A stretch of 64,000 nucleotides of DNA from Methanobacteriota archaeon (lineage in GTDB: Archaea > Thermoplasmatota > Thermoplasmata > RBG-16-68-12 > JAJISG01): contig JAUVFR010000005.1 in assembly GCA_030594205.1 (NCBI GenBank), positions 2,306-66,305 of the forward strand. Reading direction: 5' to 3'. The notes below the pieces were generated by a model that made no database searches, was not told the origin of the DNA, and saw only the letters and a program-made list of their open reading frames with translations. The translations under genes and the position numbers were made by a program. Within the stretch, counting starts at the first letter, position 1, and every line of letters starts with the position of its first letter. This document shows, in pieces, positions 18,812-27,226 of the stretch.

Positions 18812-19735
18812 TCAACCTTCGTGGTATCGCCGGATCCGACGGGCCGCCCGATCCGCCAGGTGCAGAGGTTCGGGAATCCGGGTGCGGCAGAGGTGCTGGA
18901 CGAACCGGAGGGCCGTGAGATCGCTGATCCGATGGCCGGGAGAGACGTAGATGGGCTTGCCCGTCCCGGGTCGAAACGCATGTCCCACGACCTCCCCGTT
19001 CGCCCGTACCGGAGTGGCCTCCCCCGGCGCCAGGATTTCCCGATCCAGCCGACCCATCAGGAGGCTTTTCGCCACCCCGATGGTGGGTCGATCGAGCTTG
19101 AGGCCCACATGGCATGCCACGCCGAACCGGTTTGGATGGAGGGTCCCGTTTCCGTCCACCAAGAGCAAGGCGGGTGGACCCTCGAAGCGCGCGTAACAGC
19201 CGGCCACCGGGTCGAACTCACGATAGGCCAGGTAGGTCGAGATGTAGGGGAAGTCCACGGACGTCGTGAGGCCAATCTCTTCCCGGACCTCCAGGGTCTC
19301 CCAATCGAGGCCGACGGCGGCGGCGTACGCCACATCACCTCGATATGAGACGTCGAATCCCGCCACGTTGTCCGGTTCTTGGAAGCGGTCTTTCAACACG
19401 ACCTGGGAGGCGAGGACGCGTTGCTCTCGACGCAGGGCGTCCAAGGGCCGATCCGTGCGAAAGTCCTGGAAGAGAATTCGATGAAAGTCTCGGAGCGCGC
19501 CGCCGCGAACCTCGACCCCTTCCTCATGGAGGCGAGAGGCGGCCTCCCCAAAGGCCAGCGTACCGTCGGCCCGCACCACACGGTGCCATCCCGGAGGCCG
19601 ATTCCTGCGAAGGAGTCGGAAGACAGGCACGGCGGCGCGGGCGTCTCCCAGGGCCTCCGCCAAGCCGCCGAACGTGGTGACGCGTCCAGCTTCCACTTGG
19701 GCCAGCAACTTCTCAACTTCTTGGCGAAACCGCAC
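18812..19735 (-). CDS. nfi: Alkyltransferase-like (ATL) domain fused to endonuclease V
   Basis: N-terminal ~100 aa have the AGT C-domain fold with PGWHRVVRADG (Trp in place of the PCHR cysteine, as in ATL proteins). The C-terminal 200 aa carry EndoV motifs (DVSYRGD.AYAAAV, LLLVDGNGTLHPNRFGVACHVG.KLDRPTIGVAKSLL). Confidence 0.8.
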   Translation of the reverse strand: MRFRQEVEKLLAQVEAGRVTTFGGLAEALGDARAAVPVFRLLRRNRPPGWHRVVRADGTLAFGEAASRLHEEGVEVRGGALRDFHRILFQDFRTDRPLDALRREQRVLASQVVLKDRFQEPDNVAGFDVSYRGDVAYAAAVGLDWETLEVREEIGLTTSVDFPYISTYLAYREFDPVAGCYARFEGPPALLLVDGNGTLHPNRFGVACHVGLKLDRPTIGVAKSLLMGRLDREILAPGEATPVRANGEVVGHAFRPGTGKPIYVSPGHRISDLTALRFVQHLCRTRIPEPLHLADRAARRIRRYHEG

Positions 19736-19812
19736 GTCCAGGTCCTGCCTTGCGAGGTGCAGCCTCGTATCGCCCCCGCACCCATTAATACGCCTCGTCG
19801 ATTGGCGAGCCA

Positions 19813-21069
19813 GTGTCTCTTGCCGTCACCGACGGGACCCTGGTGACTCAGGATAAGGAACGGCGTGTGATCCGCGGGAACCTCACCATCGAAGAGAACA
19901 AGATCCGCGAGGTCGGAGGGACGGGGGACTCGGCGGATCGGCGCCTCGACGCCACAGGTTGTCTGGTCATCCCAGGGCTCATCGACGGCTACACCCGCTC
20001 TGCCTACGTGCTCTTGGGACCGCCTCGCGACGTGCCTTGGTCCGAGATGCACGTGGCGATGGTGGAATTGCGGGCAAGCTTGACGAAGCGGGACCTGGAG
20101 GTGGCGGCCGCACTCGCCACGGCGAACATGCTGGCGAGCGGGACCACCTGTTTTCTTGATCTCTTCACGTGGGAGGAAGAGGTGGGCCGAGCCGCCACCC
20201 AGGCGGGCATCCGGGCCCTGCTAGCTTGGACCGTCGAGACGGAGGAGGACCTCCCTCACGCGCGCCGTTTCCTCCGCAAGATGCGGGACCGTGATCGCAT
20301 CCTACCACTGGTCGGATTGACCGGACTCATCGATCCCGACCTGACGAAGGCCGTGGCCGAGCTCGCACATGCTGGAGGAACCCGGTGGTGTCTGCCTCTA
20401 GCCGAACGGCGAGCGGATGTATATCGCTTCCAGCGGGACGCGGGGACCCGACCGGTGGAATGGCTGGAGAGAGAGGGGCTCCTCTCGCCGGAGCTGCTTG
20501 CGGTTCATTGCGTCTGGCTGACCCTGAACGAGATACGGGCCCTCGCACGGGGCCAGGTCCCCGTCGTCCACTGCCCGAGCTCCAACCAGGTGACCGGGGC
20601 GGGGGGTCCCATGCCGCTCCCCGAGATGCTCCGCGAAGGGGTCGTCGTCGGACTCGGAACGGATTCGACCTTCCTCAGCGGGGGTTTCAGCCTCCGGTCT
20701 GTCATGCGGGCCTGTGGGTTCGTGCACCGGGGCCACCGGTGGGATCCTACCATCGTCTCCGTGCAGGCCTTGGTGGACCTGGGTACGATCAGCGGTGCCC
20801 GAGCCTTGGGATTGGGGAGTGGAAGCCTCGAGCCGGGCGAGACTGCGGATTTCGTGATCCTTCAACCCACGACGGGCCTGCCTGTCGAGCCTGGGGAAAG
20901 CTTATCCCTCCTCGCGTATGGAGGTCGGACCCTGCGGGTTCGGGACGTGGTCGTGGATGGAAAGCTGGTCGTGGAGGGCGGGGCGGTCCTCGGGTTTGAC
21001 CGGGTCGACCTCCAGGAACGCGTGGCCGACCTGAGGAGGGAACTGGGACTTGCGCATCTTGGGGATTGA
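19813..21069 (+). CDS. Amidohydrolase-family protein (MtaD/chlorohydrolase-like)
   Basis: Amidohydrolase fold, but the usual N-terminal HxH metal motif reads PGLIDGYTRS. Confidence 0.65.
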   Translation: MSLAVTDGTLVTQDKERRVIRGNLTIEENKIREVGGTGDSADRRLDATGCLVIPGLIDGYTRSAYVLLGPPRDVPWSEMHVAMVELRASLTKRDLEVAAALATANMLASGTTCFLDLFTWEEEVGRAATQAGIRALLAWTVETEEDLPHARRFLRKMRDRDRILPLVGLTGLIDPDLTKAVAELAHAGGTRWCLPLAERRADVYRFQRDAGTRPVEWLEREGLLSPELLAVHCVWLTLNEIRALARGQVPVVHCPSSNQVTGAGGPMPLPEMLREGVVVGLGTDSTFLSGGFSLRSVMRACGFVHRGHRWDPTIVSVQALVDLGTISGARALGLGSGSLEPGETADFVILQPTTGLPVEPGESLSLLAYGGRTLRVRDVVVDGKLVVEGGAVLGFDRVDLQERVADLRRELGLAHLGD

Positions 21070-21697
21070 CGAGGCGGGCCGAGGTCCAGTGTTGGGCCCC
21101 CTCGTGGTCGCAGGGGTCCTGTGCGAAGACCAAGAGGACCTACGTGGGCTCGGGGTGCGGGATTCCAAGCAGTTGACCCCCAGCCGGCGGGAGGCCCTCG
21201 CGGTGGAGATTGCGCGGGTGGCGACCTCCCGTGTTCTCCGCATCACCGCGGCCGAGTTGGACGTATCGATGGAGGAGGTATCCCTGAATCGCGTGGAGGC
21301 CCGCGCCTTCGCCGAGGTCATCCGCGATCTGGCTCCAGATGAGGTCATCGTGGACTGCTGCGACACGGACGAGGCTCGCTTTGGGGCACGTGTCCTTCGA
21401 GACCTCGGATACGACCTCCCGCTGCGGGCGGAGCACAAGGCGGACCAGAACCATCCTGTCGTTTCCGCCGCTTCCATCGTGGCTAAGGTGGCGCGAGATG
21501 AAGAGGTGCGCCGGATCGGGTTCGAGTTGGGACAGCCCGTGGGGAGCGGTTATGCGCACGACCCCAACACCCGGGCCTTCCTGAAGCAGTGGCTCACGGT
21601 CCACGGAGAGATGCCGCCCTACACCCGTTTGGCCTGGAAGACCAGCCAAGGTCTGCTGTCCGAGGCCAAATTGGGGAAACTGGAGGCCTGGGAGTAG
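21050..21697 (+). CDS. rnhB: Ribonuclease HII
   Basis: MRILGIDEAGRGPVLGPLVVAGV…DSKQL.. is the canonical RNase HII N-terminus (DEAGRG). TTG start. Confidence 0.9.
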   Translation: MRILGIDEAGRGPVLGPLVVAGVLCEDQEDLRGLGVRDSKQLTPSRREALAVEIARVATSRVLRITAAELDVSMEEVSLNRVEARAFAEVIRDLAPDEVIVDCCDTDEARFGARVLRDLGYDLPLRAEHKADQNHPVVSAASIVAKVARDEEVRRIGFELGQPVGSGYAHDPNTRAFLKQWLTVHGEMPPYTRLAWKTSQGLLSEAKLGKLEAWE

Positions 21698-21698
21698 G

Positions 21699-22037
21699 AT
21701 GCGCGAGGCTCTCGAAGATCTAGTCGCCACCTTCAACCGTCGTGCCGAAACGGACGCCCAGCTTCAGGAGGAGATCGCGGGGATGGAGCGGACGATCCAG
21801 CTCGTGACCGACAAGGGCGCGTATCACATGGCCCTGCGGGACGGTCGGATCGGGGGGCTGGAGGAGGGGCCGCTGGAAGGGGCCGACGTGACCATCACGT
21901 GCGACGAGGAGACGTTCCGTGGGCTGGTCGAGGGCCACATCCCGACCTTCAAGGCGATGGCCCTCGGGAAGCTGAAGCTGAAGGCCTCCTTGGAGGACGC
22001 CCTTCGGCTAAGGAAGCTCCTCTCGACCCGCACGTGA
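21699..22037 (+). CDS. SCP2 (sterol-carrier-like) domain protein
   Basis: 112 aa; …DVTITCDEETFRGLVEGHIPTFKAMALGKLKLKASLEDALRL matches the SCP2 C-terminal consensus. Confidence 0.65.
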   Translation: MREALEDLVATFNRRAETDAQLQEEIAGMERTIQLVTDKGAYHMALRDGRIGGLEEGPLEGADVTITCDEETFRGLVEGHIPTFKAMALGKLKLKASLEDALRLRKLLSTRT

Positions 22038-22079
22038 GACGATATCCTTAATATCGGCCGCGGCGGTGGCATCGACGAT

Positions 22080-22232
22080 AGCGGGGTGGGGTAGCTAGGA
22101 AACCCCGGGTCACCGCTTCAGCGGAGGCCGGAGCCTAAAATCCCGTCGGGCTCATAACCCGGAGATCCCTGGTTCAAAGGACCGGGGGCGGTGCCAACCG
22201 TGGTCCCCGGACTGGATTTCCAGGCCCCGCTA
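22080..22232 (+). tRNA. Initiator tRNA-Met (anticodon CAT), apparently interrupted by two non-canonical introns (~39 nt after position 26; ~40 nt in the T-loop at 59/60)
   Basis: Acceptor 5'-AGCGGGG / CCCCGCT-3' (A1:U72, the archaeal initiator hallmark). D arm GGGT/ACCC. Anticodon arm TCGGG-CTCATAA-CCCGG at 22146-22162. T arm CCTGG-TTCAAA[intron]T-CCAGG. Discriminator A. Folded by eye only. Confidence 0.55.
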
Positions 22233-22410
22233 TCCTCCTTTTACGCATCCCGGGCCCCATCACAGAACGATTAAGTACTCCCCTTTTCGTGCGAGGGGCA
22301 CGACATCGGAGAGCAGCCTCACCGTCACGAATCTGTCGAAGGCCTTCGACGGCCTCCAGGCGGTCGATTCCCTATCGTTAGACGTCAAGCGGGGAGAGAT
22401 TTACGGCTTC

Positions 22411-23232
22411 TTGGGGCCGAACGGGGCCGGGAAGACAACCACCATCAAGATGATTCTCGGCTTGACGTACCCCGATGAGGGCAACGTCCTCATCGACGGC
22501 CTCGACCTCTCTCAGCGGCCCCACGAGATTAAGCGCCGGATTGGCTTCCTGCCGGAGCGCCTTGCCTTCTACGACAATCTCACGGCCCTCCAGACCCTGG
22601 AGTTTTATGCCAGCCTGAAGGGACACAACCGAGAGGGACTCGCGGAACTCCTGGACTCGGTCGGGCTCCGGCAGTTCGCCGACAAGAAGGTCGGCACGTT
22701 CTCCAAGGGGATGATTCAACTCCTTGGCGTGGCGCAGGCCCTGATGGGCCGCCCAAGTCTGCTTCTCCTGGACGAGCCCACAACGGGCCTCGATCCCAAC
22801 TGGACCCGGGTAGTGAAGGACAGGGTGCTTGCGGCCAACCGCGAGGGAGCAACGGTGTTCTTCTCCTCTCACATCCTCACCGAGGTCCAGGAACTCGCGG
22901 GTCGCGTGGGCATCCTCAACCGAGGAAAGCTCATGGTGGAAGACACCGTCAGCAACTTGGGAAGCCGCCTCGAGATGAAACCGCGTCTCCACGTCACGGT
23001 CGCCGGCGATCTCGAGGTTGCCGCCGGAGTCGTCCGTGAAATGGACGGAGTCGATGAGGTCAAGGTATCCGGTGAGGAGCTTCTCGTGACCCTCGACACG
23101 AAGGCGAAGGCCAGGGTCTTGGCTCGGCTGGAGGAGAGGGGAATCGTCGTTCAGGACTTCCGGACCGAGGAACCGTCCTTGGAGGAGGTCTTCCTGAAGT
23201 TCACTGAGGATGTCCGGAGGGAGATCCGGTGA
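22411..23232 (+). CDS. ABC transporter ATP-binding protein; conserved N-terminus extends upstream without a canonical start
   Basis: Walker A GPNGAGKTT sits right at the TTG start of the track ORF. The in-frame upstream translation (…TTSESSLTVTNLSKAFDGLQAVDSLSLDVKRGEIYGF, from ~22300) is the normal ABC N-terminal beta-strand region. The GTG at 22290 is in the -1 frame. Confidence 0.7.
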   Translation: MGPNGAGKTTTIKMILGLTYPDEGNVLIDGLDLSQRPHEIKRRIGFLPERLAFYDNLTALQTLEFYASLKGHNREGLAELLDSVGLRQFADKKVGTFSKGMIQLLGVAQALMGRPSLLLLDEPTTGLDPNWTRVVKDRVLAANREGATVFFSSHILTEVQELAGRVGILNRGKLMVEDTVSNLGSRLEMKPRLHVTVAGDLEVAAGVVREMDGVDEVKVSGEELLVTLDTKAKARVLARLEERGIVVQDFRTEEPSLEEVFLKFTEDVRREIR

Positions 23233-24140
23233 GGCCCTCCGATTCCCCGCGGCGCGATTCCTTCGGCGTCCAGTTTGCCCGGCGCCGTCCCGTCGACCTT
23301 CGGGTCGTTTGGGCCCTGTTGAAGAAGGAATTCCTCGATAGCGTGAGGAACCGGTGGATCATTGCCCTCTCCGCCATCTTCATCGTGCTCACTTTGGTGG
23401 TCTCCTACTTCGGGGCTGCGCAGGCTGGCGGAGGGACGGGCTTTCAGGGCCTGCTTGAGACCGTGGTCGGCATGACCGCCATCGCGCAGATTCTCATCCC
23501 CATCCTGGGTCTCATGATCAGCTATGCCGCAGTGGTGGGGGAGAAGGAACGGGGCTCGATTCTTCTCCTCCTATCCATGCCCATCACCCGCCTCGAGACC
23601 ATCCTTGGGAAGTTCCTCGGTCTGGGCGCCGTCATGCTCGCCGCGGTCCTGTCCGGGCTCGGGATCGGCGGCATCGTCATCATGGCCTTCACGGGCACCG
23701 AGGGGTGGGAGAACTTCATCGTCTTTCTCTTGGGTGCCGTCGTCTTCGCCCTTGCCTTCCTGAGCATCGGCCTTCTCCTGTCCTCCCTCACGAAGCGTCG
23801 TGGCATTGCCATGGGCCTTGCCGTCTTCGTCTGGTTCTTCCTTGCCCTTCTCTTCAACCTTGTCCTCGGGGGGGTGTTGGTCGCTTCGGGGGGAAGCTTC
23901 CTCCCCGTCCCCGGTGAGCCGTTCACGCTTCCGGACTGGTTTTACGCGGCTGGATTGTTCAATCCTGTGGAAGCCTTCAGCTACTTCGCCGTACGGGCCT
24001 TCGGTCTTGGCGGCGCGTTCGGGTTCCCCATAGAGCTCCCTGAATTCGTCTCGATCGGGACGACCGGCCTCTCCATGGCGCTCTGGGCACTCGTTCCCGT
24101 CACCTTGGCCTTCTGGCGGTTCCGACGCCAGGACTTGTAG
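23229..24140 (+). CDS. ABC-2 family transporter permease
   Basis: 303 aa, six TM helices, overlaps the ATPase stop (GTG start). Confidence 0.8.
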   Translation: MRPSDSPRRDSFGVQFARRRPVDLRVVWALLKKEFLDSVRNRWIIALSAIFIVLTLVVSYFGAAQAGGGTGFQGLLETVVGMTAIAQILIPILGLMISYAAVVGEKERGSILLLLSMPITRLETILGKFLGLGAVMLAAVLSGLGIGGIVIMAFTGTEGWENFIVFLLGAVVFALAFLSIGLLLSSLTKRRGIAMGLAVFVWFFLALLFNLVLGGVLVASGGSFLPVPGEPFTLPDWFYAAGLFNPVEAFSYFAVRAFGLGGAFGFPIELPEFVSIGTTGLSMALWALVPVTLAFWRFRRQDL

Positions 24141-24189
24141 CCGACCCGTGGGAAACGCTCCCCATCGAGGCGACCTGACCGGCCTTATC

Positions 24190-24209
24190 ATCGGAAAGAA
24201 TCGGAAAGA
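24190..24209 (+). promoter_or_regulatory. Perfect tandem direct repeat ATCGGAAAGA x2 abutting the TATA-like GTTTATCA upstream of the KaiC-like operon
   Basis: Read from the sequence. It occupies the BRE/upstream-of-TATA position about 40 nt before the first KaiC start. Confidence 0.45.
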
Positions 24210-24245
24210 TACGTTTATCAGCCTTGGACCGAAGGAACCCGCGTC

Positions 24246-25298
24246 TTGATGCAGCGTGTTTCCACCGGGATTGAAGGCCTAGACGCCATGCTCCACGGCG
24301 GCTTGGTTCCCGGTCGGGCCTATGTGCTCACCGGTCCGTCCGGCTCCGGGAAGAGCATCTTGGGCATGCACTTCCTCCTTGAGGGCATCCGGAACGGCGA
24401 GAGCGTCATCCTGGTGTCGGTCGACGAGCCCCCGAACGAGATCAAGGCGAACATGGCCGACTTCGGGTGGAGCCTCGACCGCCTCCGCATTCTGGACGCG
24501 ACTCCCGACATCCGGGCCCATTCCAAGTCCAAGTCCATCATCGACGTCGGGACCACCCTCGACGTCCGCGACATGGAGCAGATCTCCAAAATGCGAAAGA
24601 GCCAGGCACGCATCATGGAGGTCTCCGTCCACTCGATCCAAAAGATGCTCAAGCAGGAGTTCACGGAGCACTTCACGCTCACGGGCAAGCGGTACACGCG
24701 TGTGGTTATCGACTCCATGACCAGCCTGAAGCTCTTCGGCATGCGGGGGGAGGACAACAGCATCCTCATCCAATCCTTCATGCGCTTCCTCTCCGAGCTG
24801 GAGGCGACCATCGTCATCACGACGGACCTCCCCTCCCGCGAGATTCTGGAGACAGAATTCCACCTCGCGCGCGGCGAAGTCCGTCTGCACAAGTGGTACG
24901 AGTCCGGCATGGTGCGGCGTGCGGTCTCCGTGGAGAAGCTCCGGGGATCGTCCTTCGACGATTGCTATCGCCCCATGATCATCGGGGACCAGGGCCTCTT
25001 CGTCCAGGCGGACGCGCAGGTGGCCCTCCATGGACAGCGAACCGACGGCGTTGTCGAGGACTTCATCGAGGACATCCAGACCGAGGAACTCTTCGAGGCC
25101 CTTGAGGAAGTCCTCCGGCTTTGGGAACGGTGCGAGGCCGAGAAACTCAACATCAACAACCTGCGCCCCCGGATCTACCGGGCCTTCACCCATTGGCAGA
25201 TGGGTCTGCGCGAGGAGGCCCTCCAGCAGGCCCTGCTCCTCTTGGAACAGCTGCGGAGTAGGCGGCGGAACCCGTCTCCGCAGGTCGTCGCGAGGTAG
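24246..25298 (+). CDS. KaiC-like RecA-superfamily ATPase (single domain, ~100-aa C-terminal extension)
   Basis: TGIEGLDAMLHGGLVPGRAYVLTGPSGSGKS (Walker A), RVVIDSMTSL (Walker B), KaiC/RadA fold. Confidence 0.8.
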   Translation: MMQRVSTGIEGLDAMLHGGLVPGRAYVLTGPSGSGKSILGMHFLLEGIRNGESVILVSVDEPPNEIKANMADFGWSLDRLRILDATPDIRAHSKSKSIIDVGTTLDVRDMEQISKMRKSQARIMEVSVHSIQKMLKQEFTEHFTLTGKRYTRVVIDSMTSLKLFGMRGEDNSILIQSFMRFLSELEATIVITTDLPSREILETEFHLARGEVRLHKWYESGMVRRAVSVEKLRGSSFDDCYRPMIIGDQGLFVQADAQVALHGQRTDGVVEDFIEDIQTEELFEALEEVLRLWERCEAEKLNINNLRPRIYRAFTHWQMGLREEALQQALLLLEQLRSRRRNPSPQVVAR

Positions 25299-25301
25299 AC
25301 C

Positions 25302-26069
25302 ATGCCAGGGGAGCGCGTCCGGACGGGGATCGAGGGACTTGACCAGATGCTGAATGGCGGCCTCATCCCCCACCGACCCTACATCGTCTCCGGTCCACTC
25401 GGCAGCGGGAAGTCGACGCTCTGCATGCAGTTCCTCCTCCAAGGGCTGAAAGAAGGGCAGCACGGACTTTTCGTGGCGCTGGAGGAACCGCCCAACGAGA
25501 TCCGTTACAATATGGAGTCGTACGGCTGGAAGGTAGGGGACGTCGAGATCTTGGACGCCAACTCCGATATCCGGCGGTTCGAGCCCAACCCCACCCTAGA
25601 GATTTCCTCCGAGATCGCCCCCGTCGCGATGAAGAACCTCCCGGCCAAGATCCGCAAGACCCCCGACGGCACCTCGCGAGAGATCACCGTTCACTCCCTC
25701 CAACAGTCCCTCAAGAACCTGTTCGCCAACAAGCAGTACGACCGCGTGGTCATCGACAGCGTCACGGCCCTCCGGCAGTTCTGCATGCGCAACTTTGAGG
25801 AGAACGTCTCCACCCAGTCCTTCATGCGGTTCCTTTCGGAGTCCGAGAAGACCGCCCTCCTGACCGTGGAGACGCCCTCGAACGGGACCTCCTCCAAGCT
25901 GGAGACCTTCCTGGCCCGGGGCGAGATCCGCCTCTACAAGTTTCGCCAGGACATCGGGATCAAGCGCTTCATCTCCATCGAGAAGTTCAAGGGCTCGAGC
26001 CACATGGAGTCCATCCTCCCCATGGAACTCAACGAGAACGGCCTCGCCGTCCACGCCCGGGCATCCTAG
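25302..26069 (+). CDS. KaiC-like RecA-superfamily ATPase (tandem paralog)
   Basis: TGIEGLDQMLNGGLIPHRPYIVSGPLGSGKS, RVVIDSVTAL. Colinear similarity to the upstream gene, including the same internal insertion. Confidence 0.8.
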   Translation: MPGERVRTGIEGLDQMLNGGLIPHRPYIVSGPLGSGKSTLCMQFLLQGLKEGQHGLFVALEEPPNEIRYNMESYGWKVGDVEILDANSDIRRFEPNPTLEISSEIAPVAMKNLPAKIRKTPDGTSREITVHSLQQSLKNLFANKQYDRVVIDSVTALRQFCMRNFEENVSTQSFMRFLSESEKTALLTVETPSNGTSSKLETFLARGEIRLYKFRQDIGIKRFISIEKFKGSSHMESILPMELNENGLAVHARAS

Positions 26070-26102
26070 GGGCGCTGACCGGACACCTCTCCGAGCCCGC
26101 CC

Positions 26103-27158
26103 ATGGCCTTACCCGTACCACGTCCTCCCCCGCCTCGCCGGCGCAAGGTCCTGGCCCTGACCCTCGTCGCGATCCTGTTCCTGGGGTCCGCCTTCTTTCT
26201 GCTGGCCAACCTGGACGCCGTCCAGCGGTTCTTCCGGGGCGTCCCCGACAACACGTGGGCCCTTTCCTCCACCCAGGCCGACCAGCTCCACGCCATGGGT
26301 CTCACAGGCGCCGGGGTCATTGTCTGCATCGTGGACAGTGGCATCGACCTGGGCCATCCCGATCTCGCGGGATTCGAGCCGGCGGCATGGAGGGACTTCG
26401 TCGCCGACGAGTCGCAGCCCTACGACGATCACGGGCACGGGACCTTCATGGCGGGCCTCATGGTGGGTCGGGGCTTGGTCCGGGGCTTCGCCCCCCAGGT
26501 TTCCATTGTGGTCGCCAAGGCGGTCGACGGCCTGGGCGTGGGCCGGGTCATCGACATCCTCGATGCCCTTCGGTTCTGCATGGACCCCTTCGGAAACGGG
26601 ACCCGGTCCCACATCATCTCCCTCTCCCTGGGAGGAGGCAGCGTCCCCCCCGGCCCCGTATCGGCCCGCGTGAACGAGGTCATCGACCGAGGCGTTGTGG
26701 TGGTCGCGGCGGCAGGCAACGACGGACCGGATGCGCCGGACGTTCAGACCCCTGCCTCGGAGGATCTGGTCATCGCTGTCGGTTCCGTGGACAGCCGCCT
26801 GGAGGTCTCCGATTTCAGCCAGGGTGGACAAAACACCGGTCGGTCGGACCCTAATCGAAAGCCGGAACTCGTCGCCCCCGGCCAGGGACTCGCGACCACG
26901 GGGTTAGGAGGCAGCTACGCGAGCGTCACGGGCACCTCCGCGGCCTCGGCCATCGTGTGCGCGATTCTGGCGTTGGTGTTTGAGGGGGAACCGGCCCTCC
27001 AGAAGCTCGTTTCGGCCTTGGATGTCTCTGCGGTGAAGGTGGCCCTCATGGGGACGGCCTTCCCCTTGGCCGGACAGTCGGAGCCCCACGATCGACTCTA
27101 TGGCTACGGCCTCATTCAGGGGGCAGACCTACTCGACGTGTTGCGCCTTGCCGGTTAG
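26103..27158 (+). CDS. Subtilisin-like serine protease (S8 family) with N-terminal signal anchor
   Basis: Catalytic triad motifs VDSGID (Asp), HGHGTFMAG (His), GTSAASA (Ser). Hydrophobic N-terminus. 33 nt downstream of the KaiC pair on the same strand. Confidence 0.85.
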   Translation: MALPVPRPPPPRRRKVLALTLVAILFLGSAFFLLANLDAVQRFFRGVPDNTWALSSTQADQLHAMGLTGAGVIVCIVDSGIDLGHPDLAGFEPAAWRDFVADESQPYDDHGHGTFMAGLMVGRGLVRGFAPQVSIVVAKAVDGLGVGRVIDILDALRFCMDPFGNGTRSHIISLSLGGGSVPPGPVSARVNEVIDRGVVVVAAAGNDGPDAPDVQTPASEDLVIAVGSVDSRLEVSDFSQGGQNTGRSDPNRKPELVAPGQGLATTGLGGSYASVTGTSAASAIVCAILALVFEGEPALQKLVSALDVSAVKVALMGTAFPLAGQSEPHDRLYGYGLIQGADLLDVLRLAG

Positions 27159-27226
27159 TCGCCTCCTGCCGCCGGCCCCGATTATCTTAAATAGACGCGC
27201 CAATTTCCGCCATCCCCTACTACGGG

